From Gnetum montanum (lineage: Eukaryota > Plantae > Gnetophyta), in the NCBI GenBank assembly GCA_015680685.1, contig MNCI01002038.1, positions 553,950 to 617,949 on the forward strand: 64,000 bases of DNA, written 5' to 3'. Position numbers and translations under genes: made by a program. The notes under the pieces were generated by a model. The model saw only the letters and a list, made by a program, of their open reading frames with translations, was not told the DNA's origin and did no database searches. Within the stretch, counting starts at the first letter, position 1, and every line of letters starts with the position of its first letter. Of the stretch, positions 26,103 through 40,134 are shown in pieces.

Positions 26103-27647
26103 GTAATTTTTAAAATTCTTTTTCATAGTTGAATACTAACGCCAGAAGCGTATGAACTTGTTTTTCTAAAATGTTAGTGAGGCACCCATCATGAGTATTA
26201 TCTGATGCATGTTATTATTTACTTAGTATTTGAAGTCCTAGAAATAGTTTCACCTACCATGCCTTTGCTAGTGTACTTGATGTTACTAAAGGATGGTATA
26301 CTCATGCGATTTAAATGTTCAATGCATCTTTTATCAGTACATTTCAATGAGAATATTGTTTGGTCAGGCATGAGTTCAATTTCACCATATTTTCATAATA
26401 AAAATAGACATTTTTTCTTTCATTTTGTTTTTTAATGCTGTTTTCGTAGTGGCATCAACCTCAAAATAATGCAAAATGACAATAGTGAAGACAGTAATGA
26501 TGGCATGTGGATCGTCATCATCATGATGCCTTTATCACAACAACATGTAATAGAATGTGAATGCTGAAACGTAAACACAGAGAGACATACAAAGTTACTT
26601 AAAGTTGTTTATTCAATGGTGGTTAATGTACAGTTTTCAAAAAAACCATCATCATCATAGCATTTATCCTGTCGGCTTTGGTTGACTTGTCAATTAGGCA
26701 GGTAGTTTGATGATTGTTTTTAGAGTTTGCTGTCCACCTAACACCAACATGAACATATATCTTTACTGTATTCTTAAGTAGCATGTGTGGAGCTGAACTA
26801 CCTTAAATGTAATGTGTTCTAATCAAGATTCTAACCTTGCCAACATCAAGCTTTCATCCTTATTTTGGAACTGATGATATGTAATAGTTATCAAAGACTT
26901 GTCTAAGCTTACAATGTGCCCTTGCCGGCCATCATATTCATTTTCCTGAATTCAATTTCACTTTCCATGAATATACAACTCAGAAACATAATTGTTTTGC
27001 AACAGAATCTTCATTTTCCTATTTGAGAAATTCCAGGTAAGATCTACAATGCATTATGAAGTACTTATAGAACCTATTTCTCGCTAAATTTATTTGTAGT
27101 TTATGTTGTATATAGTTGTGTTTCAAATACGATAACTTGCGTAAATGATTTTTTTATATAAAATGGAGGAATTTAAAAGGGGATCTTGATTCCATTCAAT
27201 ATTATTTTTCAAATTCACTTTCTCTACAAAAGGTGTTTCTCTCATGGTGCATAACAAGTATCCTAGTGATCACCTATTTGAGTGAACATATTGTAGAAGA
27301 GTTGTGGTGAAGGACACTGTTTTAAGTTTTTCTTGTAAATCAGTCTATTTATTCTAAAGAAATTTTTGATCAATTTGAATGTAGCAGGTTGTAGTTTGGG
27401 CATCAATGATAATGATTTAATGCTTTTCCTGTATTTTATCTTTCTGGAATGTTAATGCTATTTGTTTCAATTCCTAGACTGTATAGTTAGGGCTATTTAA
27501 TATCTTTCACTATAAGTAGATAACAATAAAACTATTTCATATATAAGGTTATTTGGAAATGGGAGTGAATTGAGATATTCATCTGCTATGTATTTTAACA
27601 ATTAGAGCTTGATTGAGACTGCTGACATTTTGGTATTACCACAGGGG

Positions 27648-28063
27648 TGTTGGAAAAATGAAGACAAATACATTAATTGTTGTATTTCCTTTTATGTTGC
27701 ATTTGATGTGGGGATGTGTTTTATCCCACATGTATTAGGATTGGGGTTTGGTCCTCATGTTTCCTCATAAATAGGAGGGCTTGGTGTTTTATCCCACATG
27801 TATTAGGATTGGGGTTTGGTCCTCATGTTTCTTCATAAATAGAAGGCTTGGGGTAGCCTTTNNNNNNNNNNNNNNNNNNNNNNNNNNNNNNNNNNNNNNN
27901 NNNNNNNNNNNNNNNNNNNNNNNNNNNNNNNNNNNNNNNNNNNNNNNNNNNNNNNNNNNNNNNNNNNNNNNNNNNNNNNNNAGATCTGTAGGGTTCTAAT
28001 AATTTCTCTAGAGCATTTGTAGTGTGTTTTCAGATCTAATTGTTTTCAGATCTGATTATAACA
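27648..28063 (+). mobile_element. Solo LTR related to the neighbouring copia LTRs, opposite orientation (contains an N gap)
   Basis: TGTTGGAAAAATGAAGACAAATAC...CTGATTATAACA is the reverse complement of the copia LTR ends; TSD AGGGG at 27643-27647 and 28064-28068. Confidence 0.9.
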
Positions 28064-28536
28064 AGGGGCACCCTTGGTATTTAGAAGAGTTGTTACTGTC
28101 AAGAAGTAGGATCAATCATTGTATTCTCCTTTAGAGTTTAGATTTTTATTGGTTTTTTGTTGACAAAAATTGGTTATTGCCCATGATTCATCTAGTGATT
28201 CTTTGTGAATTCTTGCTGAGGTTTTTAGCTTTTCTTCTTTTCTGAATTTTGACATTCTATGTCTACCTTTTTCAATCAGTAATTATTTCAAGCACAAGGA
28301 ATCAGTATCTAGAATGTCTCTCAAGGAAACTGAATGTTGAGTGCATACTTAATGTTCAACATGACTATGAAAGTCTTCGGATTGCACTTGGTTCATTTCT
28401 GTGCGTCTTATGCTTAAAATTTTTTGTAACAGCTTATATATGACTCATTATATGATATTGAAATTTAATGATAAGAACCGTCTAAATTTATAGTGTTTAA
28501 CTCTTGCAGTTATGGTAAAGTAAGGATTATTCAAAG

Positions 28537-31500
28537 TGCTATAATCAGAAGCGATAGTTTCAATAAAACAGTCAGCAGATCAGATCTGAAAATACACTAG
28601 AGAAACTCTAGAGAAATTATTAGAACGCTGTAGATCTGAATAAAACGTTAAAGGCAGAAAATATCGTGTTGCAGATCAAATAGATGCAGTAAATCACTGA
28701 AAAAACTATTGTAAACTCCAACATACGTTTGCTGTAAAAGCAGAATGAAAACAATGAAAGAAAATAGCACAAAAACATAGAGATTTACGTGGCTTGGGCA
28801 CTTTTTACCCTACCTCCACAACAATGCTGATCTGCCTTCTATTCTTCTCAAATCTTAAGGACACAAGCCATCCTTATAGCTTTCCCAAACACCCAATCTG
28901 TTACTCCAACAGATCTCAGATCTCAGACTCTCGTCTCCAAGGTAAAACCTCAATACAATGCTTTCGCATCAAAAAAAGAAAAAGAAAAACCCCTTAAAGA
29001 CTACCCCAAGCCTTCTATCTATAAGGAAACATTAGGACCAAATCCCAATTCTAACACATGTGGGATAAAACACATCCCCACATAAACATCACTTTACAAA
29101 CTGACCTCTTTATTTATTTATTTATTTTCATGTCATTATTTAAAATGCAACATCCTTTTAAAAACATAAAAGAGGATACAACAAATAATACTAATGTATT
29201 TGTCTTCATTTTTCCAACAAACTCTCCCTTGAAGACAACTCCAACTAGCCTTCAAGAGATGTGCACTTTTAATTAAGCTTTAGCTATCCCAAGCTTCTTC
29301 CTACAGAAAATGTGTTTTTTAGTTATCACTGGTTTTGTTAAAGCATCAGCAACATTGAGCTTTGTATGGACCTTCTGAACATGCACCAAGCTATCCTCTA
29401 TGATTTCTCTTATGAAGTGGAACTGGATATCTATATGTTTCATCCTGGTATGAAAGGTAGAATTCTTTGCAAGATGGATTGCACTCAAATTGTCACAAAA
29501 CACAGCATACTTTTGTTGTTTTAATCCAAGAGATTGTAGGAATCTCTTCATCCATAACATCTCCTTGCATGCTTCTGTGAGGGCCACATATTTTGATTCG
29601 GTTGTAGATAAAGTTACCAGTGGTTGTAGACATGAAAACGAACTCACTGCTGCACCACCAAAAATAAATGTGTACCATGTAGTGGAATGTCTTGTATCAT
29701 GATTAGCAGCAAAGTTTGCATCTACAAAACCTTCAATGTGCAGATTAGCATCTCCAAAACACAAGCAATGTGTTTTTATTCCCTTTAAATATTTTAGAAT
29801 CCATTTAACAGCCAGCCAATGATTCCACCCATAGTTGGTCATAAATCTACTAACTACTCCAACAGCATAAGCAATATCAGGACGTGTACAAACCATGGCA
29901 TACATCAATGACCCAACAACAGAAGTATATGGGACATTTTTTACCTTTTCAAAGTCCTCTTTTGACTTTGGATAGTCCTTCTTTGATAAATTAAATTGTG
30001 CTGAAAGAGGTGTACTTACAGGTTTTGCATCCTCTATGTTGAAACGTTTTAGAACCTTTCCAATGTAATCTTCTTGACTCAGCCATAGCTTCTTCCTTTT
30101 CTATCCCTATAAATATTCATTCCAAGAATTTTCTTTGCTTGTCCCAAATCCTTCATAGCAAATTCTTTTTCCATTTCCAGTTTTAGATGTTTTATTTCTG
30201 CCATGTCATTTCCAGCAATTAACATATCATCAACATACAACAACAACACTGTAAACTTACCCAAAACATCTCTAGAAAAATGCACACAGTGGTCTAGATT
30301 GTTTTTTTGATAATTCAGCTTTTTCATGAAGGTATCAAACCTTTTATACCACTGCCTAGGGGCTTGTTTCAGACCATATAAGCTCTTTTTTAGTCCACAA
30401 ACCAGACCTGAACCTTGTTGTTTTTCATACCCTTCTGGTTGTTTCATGTATATTTCCTCCTCCAAATCTCCATGGAGGAATGCTGTTTTTATGTCAAGCT
30501 ATTCCAATTCTAAGTCTATGCAGGCCACCAAAGATAGCACTAAATGTATAGAAGAGTGTTTTACCACTGGAGAAAAATTTCTTGAAAGTCTATGCCTGGT
30601 TTTTGTGCATAGCCTTTCACCACCAACTTGGCCTTGAAATATTTTTCCCCATTGGCCTCTGTTTTAATTTTGTATAGCCACTTGCATCCCAAGGGTTTTC
30701 TCCCTTTTGGCAACTGACCCAGCTCCCACGTTTTGTTCTGTTGGAGTGATTCCCATTCATTAGTCATAGCTGCCTTCCACTTTGTAGCATTAGTACACGT
30801 CATGGCTTCCTCCATTGTTTCCAGTTCACCACTATCATTGTAAAGAACATAATTCAACGAGGGAGAATACCTTTTAGGAGGTCTGGTAGCTCTTGTTGAC
30901 CTTCTAACCTAATGAGACACATTTGTAGCTTGTTGTTCATCATCTTCTTCCTCATTTCCTTGTTGTCCTCTATTTTCTCCTTGCTGTCCTGAGTTTGCAG
31001 CTTGCTGCCATGTAATTTTAGCATGCTGCCCAATGTTTCGAAATTTGGAAAATCCATGAATTTCATCATTTTCAACTTCTTCAATCACCCTAAAAGGAGT
31101 TCTCATGCTATCTAAACCATTGTTGTCCTTGTTTTTTGTTTGCAGCTCACTAAAAATCACGTTTTCTTTGAATTTAATGTCCCTTGATCTCACTACACGT
31201 TTCAATTCAGGATCCCAAAGTGTGAATCCTAAATCATCTTTTCCATATCCAACAAATATGCAATGTTTAACCCTATCCTACAGCTTACTTCTATTCTCCT
31301 TTAGAATATGCATAAATGCCTCGCATCCAAAATTTCTTAAATGATTGTATGAAATGTCTTTGCCTCTCCAAACAACTTCTAGAACAACATTATCAATTGA
31401 AGAATGTGGAGACCTGTTCATCAAATATGCTACAGTCTTAACTGCCTCTCCCCAAAACATTTTAGATAGGCCAACACTTGAAACCATTGTTCTAGCACAA

Positions 31501-33959
31501 TCCAACAATGTTTTGTTGCATCTTTTAGCAACTCCATTTTCTTGTGGTGTACCAGGAGGGGTACAAATGTGCCGAATTCCTTTGCTGTTGCAGAAATCAA
31601 CAAATACTTTGGAAGTGTACTCCCCACCATTATCAGTTTGCAAACATTTTATTTTTAGACTTGTTTCATTTTCTACTCTTGCAACAAATGTTTTGAAAAC
31701 TAAAAACGCTTCATTTTTTGATTTCAACATATAAACCCAAACCTTTCTTGTACAATCATCTATGAAAGTTACAAAATAAACAGATCCACCAAGAGAGATG
31801 GGAGTCATAGGACCACAAACATCAAAAAAGACCAATTCTAACTTATTTTTCTTTCTGTTGTTCAGATCTCTACAGAAGTTTACTCTTCTAGATTTTCTAA
31901 CTAAACAATCTTTGCAATCAGTTTGGGCATAAGAAAATATAGGAATGAGAGACTGATTTTGAAATACCTTTAAGCCTAACCAGCCAATGTGTCCAAGATG
32001 TTTACGCCACACTTCAGAACTTTCTGCATTAGAAACTATTGCAACAAAGTTGCATGATGCAGCTATCAATGTATGTAAGCTACCCTCCTTCTTTCTTTTC
32101 AGAATGGTCATGATTCCCTTGGAAATTCTCTAATGTCCACCTCCACTACTGAAATTCAAACCTAAATCATCTAGTTGTGGAATTGAAATCAACTTCTTTG
32201 TGACTTCAGAAACATGTCTAACGTTATCTATTGTCACCTTCGGCATCCTTGCTTGTTGTAGACTTATACTTCTAATTCCAAGAACTTTTAAAGCTTTTCC
32301 ATTAGCTGCATATACAAAACCAGATTTAACTTCATGATAAGATGTAAAACAAGACTTATTTGGACAAATGTGAAAGGAGGCACCTGAGTCAATCAACCAG
32401 ATGTCACTACTACGTCCATCTACCACCATTGTACACAGGTCTTGAACCAAAAAACTAATGTTTTTGTCAGCTGCATTTACCTCTGATGTTCCTTCTTCCG
32501 ACTTCTTTTCCTTTCATTTATCTTTCTGTGCTTTCCATGCAAAGCAGTCCTTCAAATGCTCTTTTTTCTTATAGAACCAACACTCTTGAGTTTGAGTTTT
32601 GCCACGTGATACACCTTTGTTCCTACTTCTCCCTCTACTTGGGAAACGTCTCCTACTTCTTCCTCTTTCCTCTGCTACATGAACATTTCTAGATCCAAAA
32701 GACTCATCTCCTCTTCCTTCTAAATCCTGAAGGGTAGACATGACTTGTTCAAATGTCATAGATGAAACACTCATAGAAGTAGTAATAGATGTCACAATTG
32801 CAGATGAGGAATCAAGAAGGAGTCTAACAGAGCATAGGATTTAACTAAATCTGGAATAACAATTTTATATGCTTCCAACTTATTTAGATTTTCCATCAAC
32901 TCATCCAAATGATCTTGGAAAGCCACATCAGATCTCTTCTTACATTTAAAAACTTTTTGATAAATATGAAAGGTATTCAAACTTGATACTTTATCAAACC
33001 TATTTTTCAACGTTTGCCACAGATCATGTGGATCCATGTCAAGTTTAATTGATGCCAAGATCCCATTGTTTATAGTTCGATGAATGAAAGATAATGCTTT
33101 AGTCTTCATTTTTCTCCAATCAGCATTCGACATTCCTACTGGCTGAGAGGGTTTTAGGGCCTCCTGGCATTCCTTTTGTGCTAAAACGGCCTTTGTCAAA
33201 ATGCTCTAGATGTTCCAATTCTTTTTTACCAATCTTTTCGTTGTTTGCAGCCTCTCCATCTCTTTAGATATAGCTTCGATACTAGTTGTTATAATCAGAA
33301 GCGATAGTTTCAATAAAACAGTTAGTAAATCAGATTTGAAAATATAGTAGAGAAGCTCTAGAGAAATTATTGGAATGCTGTAGATCTGAATAAAACGTTA
33401 AAGGCAGAAAATATCGCACTGTAGCAGATCAAATAGATGCTGTAAATCACTGAAAAAACTGTTGTAAACTCCAGCAAACATTTTTTGTAAAAGCAGAATG
33501 AAAACAACAAAAGAAAATAGCACAAGAACATAGAGATTTACGTGGTTCGGGCCCTTTTAACCCTACCTCCACAATAATGCTGATTTGCCTTCTATTCTTC
33601 TCAAATCTTAAGGACATAAGGTGTCCTTATGGCTTTCCCAAGCATCCAATCTATTACTCCAATAGATCTTAGATCTCAGACTCTCGTCTCCAAGGTAAAA
33701 CCTCAATACAATGCTTCCACATAAAAAAACACACCCTTTAAAGACTACCCCAAGCTTTCTATATATAAGGAAACATTAGGACCAAATCCCAATCCTAACA
33801 CGTGTGATAAAACACATCCCCACGTAAACATCACTTTACAAACTGACTCCTTTATTTATTTATTTTTTCATATCATTATTTAAAATGCAACATCCTTTTA
33901 AAAACATAAAAGGAAATACAACAAATGATACTAATGTATTTGTCTTCATTTTTCCAACA
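28537..33959 (-). mobile_element. Full-length, decayed Ty1/copia LTR retrotransposon
   Basis: LTRs 28537-29219 and 33287-33959; TSD CAAAG (28532-28536, 33960-33964); degenerate tRNA-iMet PBS ~33272-33284; PPT AAGGGAGAG ~29222-29230; gag, protease WLIDSGASFH, integrase TDNGGEY/PQENG, RT LYGLKQAPRQW/YVDDML, RNase H FVDANFA/HIDIQFHFIRE. Confidence 0.96.
29273..33259 (-). pseudogene. Copia gag-pol polyprotein (gag-PR-INT-RT-RH), fragmented by frameshifts and stops
   Basis: ORFs 32792-33199, 32514-32795, 32130-32450, 31278-32111, 30561-30857, 30079-30465 and 29273-29908 are in canonical copia order. Confidence 0.93.
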
Positions 33960-34138
33960 CAAAGTTTAAGTCACTTTTATGAGACAAATTTTGTTATCCT
34001 TTATGTGGTAACCTATTAACTTTTTATCAAAGTTCAATGACTTAAACATGCAATTCAAATCCTCACATCACATCATAGGAACGTTTTACCAAGAGTGATT
34101 GCTTGAATTTACAATTTATGAACAACAACCATGAATAT

Positions 34139-35370
34139 TGTTAAGAGTATACTCCTAAGTTAAGGTGCACTCATTAGTTTCTTAACTTAATCTATCAACA
34201 ATTATGAACGATCGTGATGGTTTAGTAGAGAGTCACAACTCCTTACGAAGGATAAGATCAGAAGATAAAGTGGAATAAAGTGAAGCACTATTGAATAAGA
34301 AAGGAATAACAATGAACACCAATTTTTGCAATTTAAACATATTACAAACCACAACGATTCGTGAAATTAGAAAGGAGCAAATAGGAGTATTCAATAGTAA
34401 TGAAGATGTTACAAAGCACAAGAGTGGTAACAAGAAATCAAGTTCTAGAACCAAAAGGTGAAAGAAGGGACTTGAATAGAAGAAGTAGAAGGATCCAGTT
34501 TCCTAAATAGGACAAGAAAATCCAAAAGTAAGCCATATATAATCTTGTCTAGTTTCCTAAAGAGGAAGAGAAGACCATCCAGAAGGTTATGAAGGATGAA
34601 GAAGATGACTATGAAGAAGGGACAAACTATGATTGAGGTAGTAGTCCATAATAGGTCAAGCTATGGATCTCTGAGGAACCCAAGGAGGCCTAGCCCACGT
34701 AAGAATGAACGAGGAAAATTCCCATCAAACCTATTATAAGTAACAGGCAAAGGCAAGTATCATAAGGATGTAGCCAAGAAGAAGAAAAGACCTACAAAGA
34801 AGTATTTTGTAAAAGACCAATGAAGTTAAGTCAGTAATGACTTAATGAAGTACGAGAAAAGTTTGTGAAGTTAAGTTCAGAAGGAACTTAACGAAGTACA
34901 ATGAACCAAGTCCAAATACAAGAGTTTGTATTACAACAAAGTTAAAAACATTAGTTGTAATATATTGTAATCTTATGACAAAGAAGTGATTATGAACCAA
35001 AAGAAGTTAAAAACATTAGTTGTAATATATTGTAATCTTATGACAAAGAAGTGATTATGAACCAAAAGAAGATGCATCGTCAGAGAGAAAGAGAGCAACA
35101 TCACTAAAACATAAGAATTTTTTAGCAAGACAAAAACTTGGAGATATAGCAAGCTCAAATATCAAGTTATGGAATTAATACAATGTAACTTTGTTCATCA
35201 TTAGAAGGTACGTAAGCAACCAAGTCAGTAAGACTTATGATACTCAGAATTGCCAAGAATTACGAAGAGCAATCATCATTACGAGGAGAGCTACAATCTT
35301 ACATCTCCATACTATTGATATTACTATCAATTATGATTAGTGAGGCATTACCAAAAAAAAATATCTAACA
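34139..35370. mobile_element. Solo LTR of another family
   Basis: TGTTA...TAACA termini; TSD AATAT (34134-34138, 35371-35375). The uninterrupted empty site is visible in the paralogous copy at ~35885-35905. Internal 65-bp tandem duplication at ~34939-35068. Confidence 0.88.
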
Positions 35371-35433
35371 AATATATGAAGATTAGAATTCAAATCCATG
35401 AAATTACTTGTGTAAGCATCTCAAATTCTTGGT

Positions 35434-36400
35434 ATCACATGTTCAAATGGAAGGTGAGAGAAATGATGTGACAAATAGAATTGAATAAGGATGAATGAGA
35501 TGGTGAGAAGCTAGTGGTGTGCTTCGTGATAGAAGAATCTTTGCTAGGTTGAAGGGATCACATGTTCAAATGGAAGGTGAGAGAAATGATGTGACAAATA
35601 GAATTGAATAAGGATGAATGAGATGGTGAGAAGCTAGTGGTGTGCTTCGTGATAGAAGAATCTTTGCTAGGCTGAAGGGAAAGTTGTACAGAACTACTAT
35701 TAGGTAAAACATTATTCAAACTTTAAGCCACTTTTATGGAACAAATTTCATTATCATTTTTGGGATAACTTGTTAACTTTCTATCAAAGGTCATCAATGT
35801 AAATATTCAACTCAAATGCTCACATTGCATCATAGAAATGTTTTACTAATAGTGATTGCCTAAATGTACAATTTATGAACAACCACCATGAATATATGAA
35901 GATTAGAATTCAAATCTAAGAAGGTACTCAATGTAAGCAATTTAGATACTTGGTATTACTTGTTCAAGTGGACATTGAGGTTAAGAATGATGCGACAAAC
36001 AAAATTGAACAAGGATAAATGAAATGGCAAGAAGCTAGTGGTATGCTTTGTGATAGAAAAAGTTTTGCTAGGTTGGATGGAAAGGTCTATAGAACTACTA
36101 TTAGACCTGCAATCTTGTATGGTGTGAAATGCTAGCTTATCAAAAAACATTAGGCTCAACACATGCATGTAGCAAGATATGAGTGCTTAGGTGTTCCTAA
36201 GAAAGATCACATTAGCAATTTTTTTATTAGGGTAGGTTTAGGAGAAGCACCCATAGATGAGAAGATGAATGGAAGTTGTCTTAGATGGTTTGGTGGTGTG
36301 CCGAAAAGATCAGAGAATGTAGTTATTAGAAGAGGTTGTTTATTAAAGTTAAGGGGAAACAACAAAGAGGTAAATCTAAACATGCTTAGTTTGCAGTTAT
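35434..36400 (+). mobile_element. RTE-clade LINE 3' fragments (two degenerate copies; the first carries a 123-bp tandem duplication)
   Basis: Remnants of the RTE motif DVTNRI..GWM.W..ASGVL.D.RI..RLKGKLYRT.IR at 35460-35703 and 35985-36125; LRWFG at ~36280. Confidence 0.75.
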
Positions 36401-36909
36401 AAAAAAGAATATCCATTAAGCTCATTGTAATGCCCTTCATTCATACCTCAAGTAAGTCACTTTGTTCATCAGCGAGGGATCAACTGGGTATTAATGCTTA
36501 TTTGGTTCCTAACAGAAGTAACATTTTAAAGGTTGTAGCTACTATAGGAATATAGAAAAGATGTGGCTAATTAGTTAACAAATATCCATTTGGGCTGATT
36601 TTAATGATACTGTAAAGGATTTTGACAAATATTTTTATGACAAATCATGTTTTCCCCACAAACACAGCTTTTGCAATGAACTTATTGATGTGTGCACACA
36701 ACACATCCTTTGCAACCAAGCTATGGATTTATGTATTCACATTATGAAAGAAAGCATAAAAAATGTTCAGTGTGGGACATTAGTGATATTCATTCATGTG
36801 CATGTGTGTACGGATATGTGCAAATGAATGTTATTTTGTACTTCCTAGATTTTAGTAAATATGCAAATTGCTCTTATCAAACATTCTTTTTATTGTTTTT
36901 TTTTTAATG

Positions 36910-37377
36910 TTTACTAGTAAGGTGGAATGAATATGACTAGTTTTGAGTGTTAAGTGTAATTGTTTGGTAACCCAGTAGTGGTTTCACATGATTTGCTTAG
37001 TAGCGAACTTACTTGGTAATCCCACTAATGGTTACATGTGCCCAAGACATATACAGCAAGCCAGGAATGACTTCTGATTGTCATAGTCTAGAATAGATTT
37101 ACATTTATGTTATTGTTTAGACTTAGGCTTTATTTTCACATCTCATTATGTTTGTACTTAGGAGTACTATGAGCCCACAACATCAATGTATCATATGCCC
37201 CATTGAGAGTTAAACAATACACTTGCACTTCACTAGCTCAAAGTGGGAAGACAATGATCACAAATTGACTATCAACTCCTAGCATACTTACATTTTCCAT
37301 CCATGGCTTACAATCTGGTCATGCACATGTACTCGTGACTTGTATGGTGGAGTGTGGAAATACCCTACTGCTCATCA
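36910..37377 (+). repeat. 3' part of a diverged Athila-like LTR
   Basis: Shares blocks with 14790-15228 (CTTGGTAATCCC, GTGGGAAGACA, GTATGGTGGAGTGT) and ends CTCATCA; 5' boundary unclear. Confidence 0.65.
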
Positions 37378-39547
37378 CCATCACAACCTTGGCCCCAAGT
37401 CTGATGCCTAATGTGCTTAGCAAGTTGCCTTCCTTAATGGAAAGTTGTGCTTTTTCCATCATGTAGAACACTGAAGGTACATCTATAGTCACTATCGACA
37501 ATGTTTTGCAACAAGAGTGGTATGATGATATCAAGTTTTACCTAATGCATGGTGAGACTCCACAAAACCTAATTGCCCATTAAAAGAATGTTATACATAA
37601 ACGGTTAAAACAATATGTCATCATAGTTGATAACACATTATGTTAAAGGTCCTATGATGGTTGTTGGTATGCTTGGGCAAAGTGGAAGTCCATAAGATCC
37701 TTGAACAAGTGCATGAAGGCATATTTGGAGGACATATAGGACCATGAGCCATGGCTACAAAGATTAGACGATTAGGATAGTACTGGCCCTATATAGAAAG
37801 TGATTGCTCACAAAAAGTCAAAACTTATGATACATATCAATGGTATGGCAACTTGATACATGTGCCACCAACTAAGTTGCACATCACTCAGATCATATGG
37901 TCATTCCAAAGGTGGGGAATTGATATCATTGGAGCCATAACACCCAAGTCTTTTGTAGGACATAGCTTCATCATCACCGCAATCAAATACTTCACTAAGT
38001 GGGTTGAAGCTATTCCTCTAAGGAAAACAATGGTGCAACAAATCTGTAAATTCATATTAGATAATATAGTGTCTCGTTTCGACTTATCTTTAACCATAGT
38101 TATGGATAATGGATTGTAGTTTAGCAGCCAAGAAGTGCAAACGTTTTGTCAACAACTAAACATTAAACATTCCTTTTCGTCATTGTACTGCTTGCAAGCC
38201 AAGGTTAAAGTCATCATTAACCTTTTAAAGAAGATGCTAAGTAACGGTAAATGTAGATGGCATGAACAACTGTTGTATGTACTTTGGGCCTATAGGACAA
38301 CCTTTAGGACTACAATCGGAGCCATACCATATAGCTTGGTTTATGGATTTTAAGCTTTTTTGCCTCTTGAATTATAGGTTCCATCCTTAAGGATAGCTCT
38401 GTCTGACTTCATCAACAATGAATAGAATAAGGAACTACGTATCATTGATCTCAATTCGATGGAGGAACAACGAATACACACACTTGCAAACATCGAAAGA
38501 TATCAAGAGAGGCAGAAACAATAGTATTGTCATGATCCTAATAGGCAAAAAGTCAAGGAAGGAGACCTTGTCTTTAAGGCCATTCACGAACATGTAGACA
38601 AGCTCTCAGCCAACTGGGAAGGACCTTTCTTGGTCACCAAAGCCTATGGCAATGGAGCATTCAAACTACCAAACTTGGATGTAAATGAATTCGCCCACCC
38701 GATCAATCATTCCTATGTTAAACCATATTACATCTAATGCTGACTCGTTTGTCTGTAGCCTTTGTTTGTCATTGTTTACAGGTTTGAACATATGACAACT
38801 ATGATGATCTTCAACAAGCGAGCCTGTGTGACCTTACAATTCTTTCTGGCATCACAAGATACTACGAATTTTCTATAACTCTCTAGAACAAAATACAGAT
38901 CTCTCTTGTATATGCTAATTATGCACAATTACGGCCTATATATGCTTGCTAACTCATGTAGCCTTATGCAAATTCTTGTAATCACATGTACTCTTTGATT
39001 ATTTTCTTGTCCTCTTAGAGTTGTGTTTGTAGGATGAAGCTTGAAGTCGTTGCAAAGGTATGACCCATCGTAACAATGAATTATCATGTGACCCCAATGC
39101 ACGAGATGCACTTAGCTTGTTCAATTTTGGCAATAGTGCTTACCTCACATCACTTCCGTCACCCCCTATACATAGCCACTCCCTGTAACCAAATTATAGC
39201 CCTCCATACCTTGTTAACACTGAAAATCTATGTTTGACATTCATACACCATGGCCTTATGACATCTTCTCTAGCAGGCTTCACACTCAAGTTCTCTAAAT
39301 ATAGCATATTTCATTTACCAAGAAAGCAAAAATCTAGTCTGTTGAATGTAACACATCTCATTTAGCTAGAGAGTTAAAAGACCAAGTTCATTGAATATAA
39401 CACATTTCATTCAGAGCAAAGCTCAGCCTTGTCAACAAAACCCAATGAAGGTTTTACTTCCCAAAAGAAAGAGGGGGGAAAATGCCAAAGAAGTAAAAAG
39501 ACCAATGTAGCCTCAAGATAAGTAAATTACTGTCTCTTTGTCTCTCT

Positions 39548-39550
<3 letters not shown>

Positions 39551-39581
<31 letters not shown>
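39551..39581. repeat. (AG)n microsatellite
   Basis: Directly visible AG run. Confidence 0.95.
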
Positions 39582-39583
<2 letters not shown>

Positions 39584-40134
39584 CAAATGGCCAAAGAAGC
39601 CTTATTACAAAGTGTTGGTTGCTCCTCACATTATCCAGTAACTAGCACTGCATAGCATGAAGAGTTCTTCGTTTAACAAGCATGTCATTGCCCTTTCAAT
39701 AGCCATGAAGTCAACACTTGAAATTCCTTGTTAACCCCTTGATAACCAATATAACCTTTATCTCATCCTAAGCTCTCAACATCCTATCGTGATCTTATCT
39801 CACCACTATGATCACTCCTTGGCATGGTTTGAAAGCTACAAAATTAAGTGTGGAGGGGAAGCGTTGGTGATGCAGTCGTGATGGGTTTCGCATTCTTTGT
39901 TGATGTCTCTCGGCTCAATTCTCAAAACATCAACAAAGAGGGGCCAATGAAACACCTCAAGGAAAATTTGCAAATTTTGCATGATAAGCCTTAATAGCCA
40001 AATTTGCAATGTAATTAATGGGAATTAAAAGGCAAAAACAATTGCTTGTTTTACCCATCAAAAAATCCCATCCAATAGCCTTGTTTTAGCTAAGGTTCTA
40101 GCAATATTTAATGTGTAAAATGAAATTTGCAGCA

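Noticed and set aside
27006-28515. Possible further RRP14 micro-exons (~27006-27036, ~28510-28515)
   Set aside because: Splice-like signals exist, but the peptides are too short to support by homology.
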